64,000 nt of DNA from an uncultured archaeon. Its GTDB lineage: Archaea > Micrarchaeota > Micrarchaeia > Micrarchaeales > CABMGC01. The notes under the pieces are model-generated. The model saw nothing but the letters and a program-made list of their open reading frames with translations. It had not been told where the DNA came from and ran no database searches. The stretch lies in NCBI GenBank assembly GCA_963830445.1, contig CAWHMC010000013.1, positions 96,785 to 160,784 on the forward strand. Direction: 5' to 3'. The stretch's first letter is position 1, and each line of letters starts with the position of its first letter. The position numbers were made by a program, and so were the translations under genes. This document shows, piece by piece, positions 59,258 to 64,000 of the stretch.

Positions 59258-60445
59258 TCATAATATCTTCTGGAACAGGCGCTTGCCATTCAACGATGGC
59301 GCGCCCAGCGTGCGCCCCAGTATCTCCAGCAGGTCGTAGCAAACCATGAATGAGATGAATAGGCCAGCAAGCATAAATACGAAGTAGGCCGCCACTCCAG
59401 CGTAGGTGTAAATGATGGCGTTCAGGCCGGCGCTGGGCTGGCCCAGAACCGTGAGTAGGATCCCGCTTCCCTGATTCAGCAGGTTCAGACCTATGTTCCC
59501 TATGGAGAGCGGGTTAGTGGTAGCGCTGGGGCACACGGAATTGGCAGCAGAGACAGCTGCACCGGAGGTGGCGTTTACGGTTGTGCAGAGGCTATTGGCT
59601 GCTGGAGACGGTAGCACAGTGAATGGATACATGATCGCGGGGAAGACGAGATAGAACGAGATGAAGAGCGCCAGGAACGTGCCTCCGGCCGCGCGCGTCC
59701 ATGGGAACGAGCGCAGGATGATGCCGAGATACAGAAACAGTGGAAAGAGGAAGTAGATGAAGAAGAGCAGCAGGATTATTGCCAGGTTCAGCCCTATCAT
59801 GCCCTCCACCATATCCGACGCTATTTTTATTAGGTATAGTATGGGATTCACGCCATAGTAAGGATTGAAGGAGAAGGAAGGGAGTATGGAGGGAGGCGTT
59901 ATGTCCAGGTTTAGAGAGTACAGCGCGGTGTACCCTTCATTCAATAACGTCATGCCGGACAGGATGCCGAACGAGGGAAGGAGCTGGTTCGTCGCGATGT
60001 TGCTGCAGAGGTTCGTGTACAGCGTTTGCAGGTTCGATGTGCCAGGAGCTGGCGCGGGTGCTGGGCTCGACGATAGAGACAGCGCAGAGGCCGAGGAGAA
60101 GAAGTCGGCGATGCCGTTGAGAGAGCTCATGCCGGCGACGACCACGACAATTAGGCAGACGTTGAATATGGACTCCATGTACTCTGTGCGCGCAAAGGTC
60201 ACTAGCTTTTGGATGCCAAACGCGACCCCGATTCCGTAAACGAGGGCCATGATGCAGAGCACTGCAGTCACGATCAAGAGTGAGAGGGGAAGGATGCCAG
60301 AGAATGCGCTGCCGTTGTTGTTGGCGAGTGCCGGGCTCACGAAGTTGTGCGCGTTGCTGAATAGGTCGGTGCAGTAGCTGTTTGTAGCATGTAGCATGCC
60401 AGTTAACAGCAGCGGCAACAGCAGCAAGATCAAGCGCATGTTCAT
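59258..60445 (-). CDS. CedA/VirB6-like polytopic membrane protein, copy 4
   Basis: GIILRSFPWTRAAGGTFLALFISFYLVFP. Confidence 0.7.
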   Translation of the reverse strand: MNMRLILLLLPLLLTGMLHATNSYCTDLFSNAHNFVSPALANNNGSAFSGILPLSLLIVTAVLCIMALVYGIGVAFGIQKLVTFARTEYMESIFNVCLIVVVVAGMSSLNGIADFFSSASALSLSSSPAPAPAPGTSNLQTLYTNLCSNIATNQLLPSFGILSGMTLLNEGYTALYSLNLDITPPSILPSFSFNPYYGVNPILYLIKIASDMVEGMIGLNLAIILLLFFIYFLFPLFLYLGIILRSFPWTRAAGGTFLALFISFYLVFPAIMYPFTVLPSPAANSLCTTVNATSGAAVSAANSVCPSATTNPLSIGNIGLNLLNQGSGILLTVLGQPSAGLNAIIYTYAGVAAYFVFMLAGLFISFMVCYDLLEILGRTLGAPSLNGKRLFQKIL

Positions 60446-60460
60446 GTATCATCACTTATT

Positions 60461-62020
60461 TCATATTAGCCTGCTCAGGCCGAAGATGTCCGAGGCGCCG
60501 CCCAGCAGATCCGAGATGCCGAATACCGCCGAGATGCCCAGCAGGAGGTTAAGTATCGGCAGTATCACGCCTATCACCGACATCAGCCCGTACACCTGGT
60601 ACAGCGCGAAGAGCGAGTCGACGGAGTTCTGGGCATAGCAGTTGAAGCCAGGGATCGGCAGCGGATTGTTGTTGCCGTATGATGCACCGACCAGGTTGCC
60701 CAGGACCGATGCGAAGCCATAGGCGGGGGCGGCGTAGGTGCCGGCGATTATTTCCTCCTCCCCGAGGAGTCCAGCGGTCGGCCAGCAGCCGTAATAGTTG
60801 AGCACCGCATTCAGGTGCGGGAAGACGTAGAAGTTTATGGAGTTGGAGGCGTAGATGTTGGGTGCGACATAGCTTGGGTTTGCGCTTTGCGTGGCACCGG
60901 AGCCGGTAGCACAGGGCGTTGGGGAGGGATAAGGAGGTATTCCCAGATTGGACGGAGGGGTGCAGATGTACTGATCATTGTTGGAAGGCGAAACTCCAGG
61001 GCTCAGAGAGCCAATAGTAAGAACAGGTATGGCATTGGTACCAAAGGTGTTCGCGCCGATGGGCTGTATGCCCGCGTTGCTGAGCGCGGTGTACTCTATG
61101 AGGAAGATTGCCGGATATATGAGCATCACCACCACGACGATGGCGATGAGCAGACCGCCGAGCCTGCGGGTGAAGAGAGTCACGCGCAGTATGAGTCCTG
61201 CGGCAAGGAGGTAGGGCCACAGGAACATGAAGGTCAGCATGGCGATCAATTGGAACATGAAGACCGTGAAGATAAGCGTTGATTGGGTGGTGACCAGGTT
61301 CAGGGACTTGTATATGCCGATGTAGCCCGCGAAGGGCTTGACCGAGGCGTTGATGTAGCGTGAGGTCGGCCCGTAGGTAAGTAGGCAGTCGTCGGTGGGG
61401 AAACAGACTATGTCCCTCGCCGCAAAGCTTTGGAGGAAGTTCATGTAGCCGTTGAATACGTATGCGGCGTTCAGGTTCTCGGCCGCCTGCTCGGTGAGGT
61501 TGGCGGTTATCACGTAGGTCGCCGTCAGGCCGTAGTCCAGCGTGGCTGTGGCGCCCGTGCTCTGCGCATTCTGCACCAGGGCCGAGCAGACCTGCGAAGT
61601 TGGAGAGTTGGAGGAAGAGTTGGAATTCACGAAAATCACGTTTGCGGTTTGCAACTGCGTGCAGATGGTGCTTATTGTGCTCGAAGGCACAGCAGACAGA
61701 ATTGGATTGCTCGTGGCGCTGCCGAAGAAATTGAAGATTATGAGAAGTGCGACAATCACGAGCGCTGTGGCCAGCGCGTTAGCAAACTCTGCCATCGCTG
61801 CGGATCGCATGCGTCCGTTGTTGAGAAGTACGCCCAGGAGGTAGTAGCCGATGACGATGCCGACGCTCAGGAGGATCGCGACAATGATCACGGGGATCCA
61901 CGCGGTAAACATGGAGACGTCAGCCTGGAGAGGCGGACTTGTGCTTGAAGCGGCCGCAAGCACGCCCGTAAGGATGAATGCACACAGAACCGGCGCCAGC
62001 ATACTACGCACACCACTCAT
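60461..62020 (-). CDS. CedA/VirB6-like polytopic membrane protein, copy 3
   Basis: GLILRVTLFTRRLGGLLIAIVVVVMLIYP. Confidence 0.7.
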   Translation of the reverse strand: MSGVRSMLAPVLCAFILTGVLAAASSTSPPLQADVSMFTAWIPVIIVAILLSVGIVIGYYLLGVLLNNGRMRSAAMAEFANALATALVIVALLIIFNFFGSATSNPILSAVPSSTISTICTQLQTANVIFVNSNSSSNSPTSQVCSALVQNAQSTGATATLDYGLTATYVITANLTEQAAENLNAAYVFNGYMNFLQSFAARDIVCFPTDDCLLTYGPTSRYINASVKPFAGYIGIYKSLNLVTTQSTLIFTVFMFQLIAMLTFMFLWPYLLAAGLILRVTLFTRRLGGLLIAIVVVVMLIYPAIFLIEYTALSNAGIQPIGANTFGTNAIPVLTIGSLSPGVSPSNNDQYICTPPSNLGIPPYPSPTPCATGSGATQSANPSYVAPNIYASNSINFYVFPHLNAVLNYYGCWPTAGLLGEEEIIAGTYAAPAYGFASVLGNLVGASYGNNNPLPIPGFNCYAQNSVDSLFALYQVYGLMSVIGVILPILNLLLGISAVFGISDLLGGASDIFGLSRLI

Positions 62021-62021
62021 C

Positions 62022-63248
62022 TCATTCGCCACCCCAGAACGAACCCGCGCCGAAGAGGCTCGGGATCGCATTCAGACCCTTGTTCAGGCCCTGCGCAAAA
62101 CCCATGGTGATGACGAAGTCCAGCGCTATAAGCACGATGCCCTGGAACAGATACTGGGCGACGCTGTTGGTGATGTTGGAGACCTGCTGGGGAAGGGCCA
62201 CGATGCCCATCAAAGTAGACTTGAACGCGCCTGAGGCTCCGCCGGCGCCGGCAATCACGGAGCTGAAGAAGTTGGTCGGCACATCAATCGAGCTTCCAGG
62301 CGTGAGCTGTGTGGAGTTCTGGGTGAAGAAGGAGGACACGGGGATGTTGCTAAGACTGTAGCTGCCCAGGTAGGAGGCGTAGGGATTGCACGAGGATGCA
62401 CTCACTGAACTGCCGCAGTACATCCAGTTCACGACGTAGGCATTCATTGATATTGTAAGGGGCAGCACGAAGTAGATGGCCACGGAAAGGGCGAGCAGGG
62501 CGTTCGCTGCCTCCCTGAGCTTCGGGCCGGTGAAGGCGAGCGAGCGCATGACTATGGTGAACGGGAGGATGAATGGGAGGACGACCGAGCTGATCACGGA
62601 GAGCAGGAGGAAGAGCATGAGAAGCACGCCGAAGGTTATCACCACCATGCCCGCGTAGGCCGTGTACACGTTCGCGTAGGTGTTGTACACGTTTGCGAGA
62701 TCGCCGCCATATTTGGCTCCCAGCTGGAATGAAACACCTCCTGTGCCGGCCTGCGCGCCGAGCGAGCTGCCGCTGATGGTGATTGGAGGTAGTTTAACGA
62801 GTACCGTATCCAGAAGTGTCTTGACGATCTGCGCGTCCACCTGCAGCAGGTAGCCCTGCAGGGAGAGCTGGGCGCTGAGCGCTGTGCCGGTCCCGAAGAC
62901 CAGGTTGCCAACGTAGACGCTGTCTGCCTGGAAGATGTTCACGTAGCTGCTGCCCAGTCCGGAGAGGGAGGCGCCCGCAGAGCAGGTGGCGTAGGCGAAG
63001 GAGACCAGGATCGCGATGATGAAGATGCTGACCATGCTCTCGCCGTACTCGGCTATTAGGATGCGGCGGAGCTGCTCGCGGCGCTGGCTCGGGAAGAGGT
63101 TCGAGAGGGCGTAGACCATGGAGACTATGGAGAGAAACGCGAGGACGACCATGATGTTGATGTTGATCCAGCCGTTGATGTTAAGCGAACTGGGTGTGCA
63201 GGCAGAGGTCGCAGCGACCAGCGTGTTAAGCAATTGGAGAATCATCAT
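62022..63248 (-). CDS. CedA/VirB6-like polytopic membrane protein, copy 2
   Basis: TIVMRSLAFTGPKLREAANALLALSVAIYFVLP (divergent copy of the motif). Confidence 0.65.
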   Translation of the reverse strand: MMILQLLNTLVAATSACTPSSLNINGWININIMVVLAFLSIVSMVYALSNLFPSQRREQLRRILIAEYGESMVSIFIIAILVSFAYATCSAGASLSGLGSSYVNIFQADSVYVGNLVFGTGTALSAQLSLQGYLLQVDAQIVKTLLDTVLVKLPPITISGSSLGAQAGTGGVSFQLGAKYGGDLANVYNTYANVYTAYAGMVVITFGVLLMLFLLLSVISSVVLPFILPFTIVMRSLAFTGPKLREAANALLALSVAIYFVLPLTISMNAYVVNWMYCGSSVSASSCNPYASYLGSYSLSNIPVSSFFTQNSTQLTPGSSIDVPTNFFSSVIAGAGGASGAFKSTLMGIVALPQQVSNITNSVAQYLFQGIVLIALDFVITMGFAQGLNKGLNAIPSLFGAGSFWGGE

Positions 63249-64000
63249 ATCAACTTCAATTTGCCGCCCAGCTCGAGCCGTATGTTGCCGCCGAGCATCT
63301 TGGCGATGTTGTCCGTGAGCGTGTAGGCGATCACCAGGTCAAATATGAAAACGAAGAAGAACTGAAAGACGAGAAACACGAGGTTCGAGAGCAGGTAGTT
63401 GAGTGACGGATATATGCTTATGCCGGTCGAGAGAGCGATGGGCAGGAGCAGGGCCTGGCCGGCGGACCCGGAGCTGGAGCTTATCAGGCCCAGATATGCG
63501 GTGGGATTTATGGATGGAAAAGAGGATGATGCAGCAGGGGCTAGCGTGGCGGTTGTGGTCTGCGGCAATGCACTGAATATTCCCAGCGCCCCTATGGCCG
63601 TGCATATCGTGGATGAGATGCCGAGCGAGCTGCAGGAGGCGTTGGAAGTGCCGGGACCAACATTAAGCGCGTTGTAGAAGTATGAGGAGATCGGGTTGTT
63701 GAACAGCACCAGCAGGCTCGGCCAGATGACCGCCAGCAGCAGCCCGAAGGCGAGTAGGGTGCCCCCGATGCCGCGCACCAGAGGGAAGGCGCGCAGGATC
63801 AGGCCCAGGGGGATCAACACGGTCAGGCCCGCGGCCACGAGCAACGGAAGGAGGGGCATCTGTACCGAATAGATGTTTAGCAGGGGGAAGTAGATGTCCG
63901 TAAGGATGGAAAAGAAGAGCGAGGGGTCAACTCCGGGATTGAAGTCCGTCTGAAGGAAGTTGTTCTGGAAGGGCTGGAAAGTCCATCCCGACTTGAATGT
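63245..64000 (-). CDS. CedA/VirB6-like polytopic membrane protein, copy 1 (5' end beyond the window)
   Basis: GLILRAFPLVRGIGGTLLAFGLLLAVIWP; reading frame stays open to the window edge. Confidence 0.7.
   Translation of the reverse strand, partial: TFKSGWTFQPFQNNFLQTDFNPGVDPSLFFSILTDIYFPLLNIYSVQMPLLPLLVAAGLTVLIPLGLILRAFPLVRGIGGTLLAFGLLLAVIWPSLLVLFNNPISSYFYNALNVGPGTSNASCSSLGISSTICTAIGALGIFSALPQTTTATLAPAASSSFPSINPTAYLGLISSSSGSAGQALLLPIALSTGISIYPSLNYLLSNLVFLVFQFFFVFIFDLVIAYTLTDNIAKMLGGNIRLELGGKLKLI

Noticed and set aside
53030-64000. Integrated conjugative plasmid or ICE
   Set aside because: No integrase, relaxase, replication gene or att repeat matching the tRNA 3' ends was seen, and composition resembles core genes; cannot be fully excluded beyond the window edge.

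Overview
This is an archaeal chromosomal segment. Evidence: TFB, fibrillarin, Rpo4/RpoF, DUF655, archaeal RNase HI, and tRNAs with bulge-helix-bulge (BHB) introns. The gene repertoire and a non-canonical tRNA intron suggest a DPANN lineage, most plausibly Micrarchaeota (inference). The left half holds dTDP-rhamnose genes, an intein-containing RtcB beside an intron-containing tRNA-Leu, a GAF/PAS histidine kinase, and a wHTH-REC-degenerate GGDEF regulator. It also holds an Lhr-metallophosphoesterase-RNase HI-TPR/AAA cluster and duplicated surface-protein modules. The most notable region is about 45.9-64 kb on the minus strand, an apparently chromosomal type IV secretion/Ced-like locus. It has at least six tandem paralogous CedA/VirB6-like membrane proteins; the five with visible N-termini carry a pilin-like hairpin. 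These are followed by two VirB4-N-terminal-like membrane proteins, a VirB4/HerA-like ATPase, a stand-alone copy of that ATPase's C-terminal domain, a Zn-finger membrane protein, and a roughly 2,070-aa Cys-rich surface protein. A VirB2-like pilin gene lies at about 39.6-40.1 kb next to a divergent AglB/STT3-like transferase. The tRNA-Met intron appears to carry a C/D-type guide aimed at its own C34. Many single-base frameshifts, including in trxB, are probably sequencing indels. All family assignments come from motif recognition by eye; no database searches were run.
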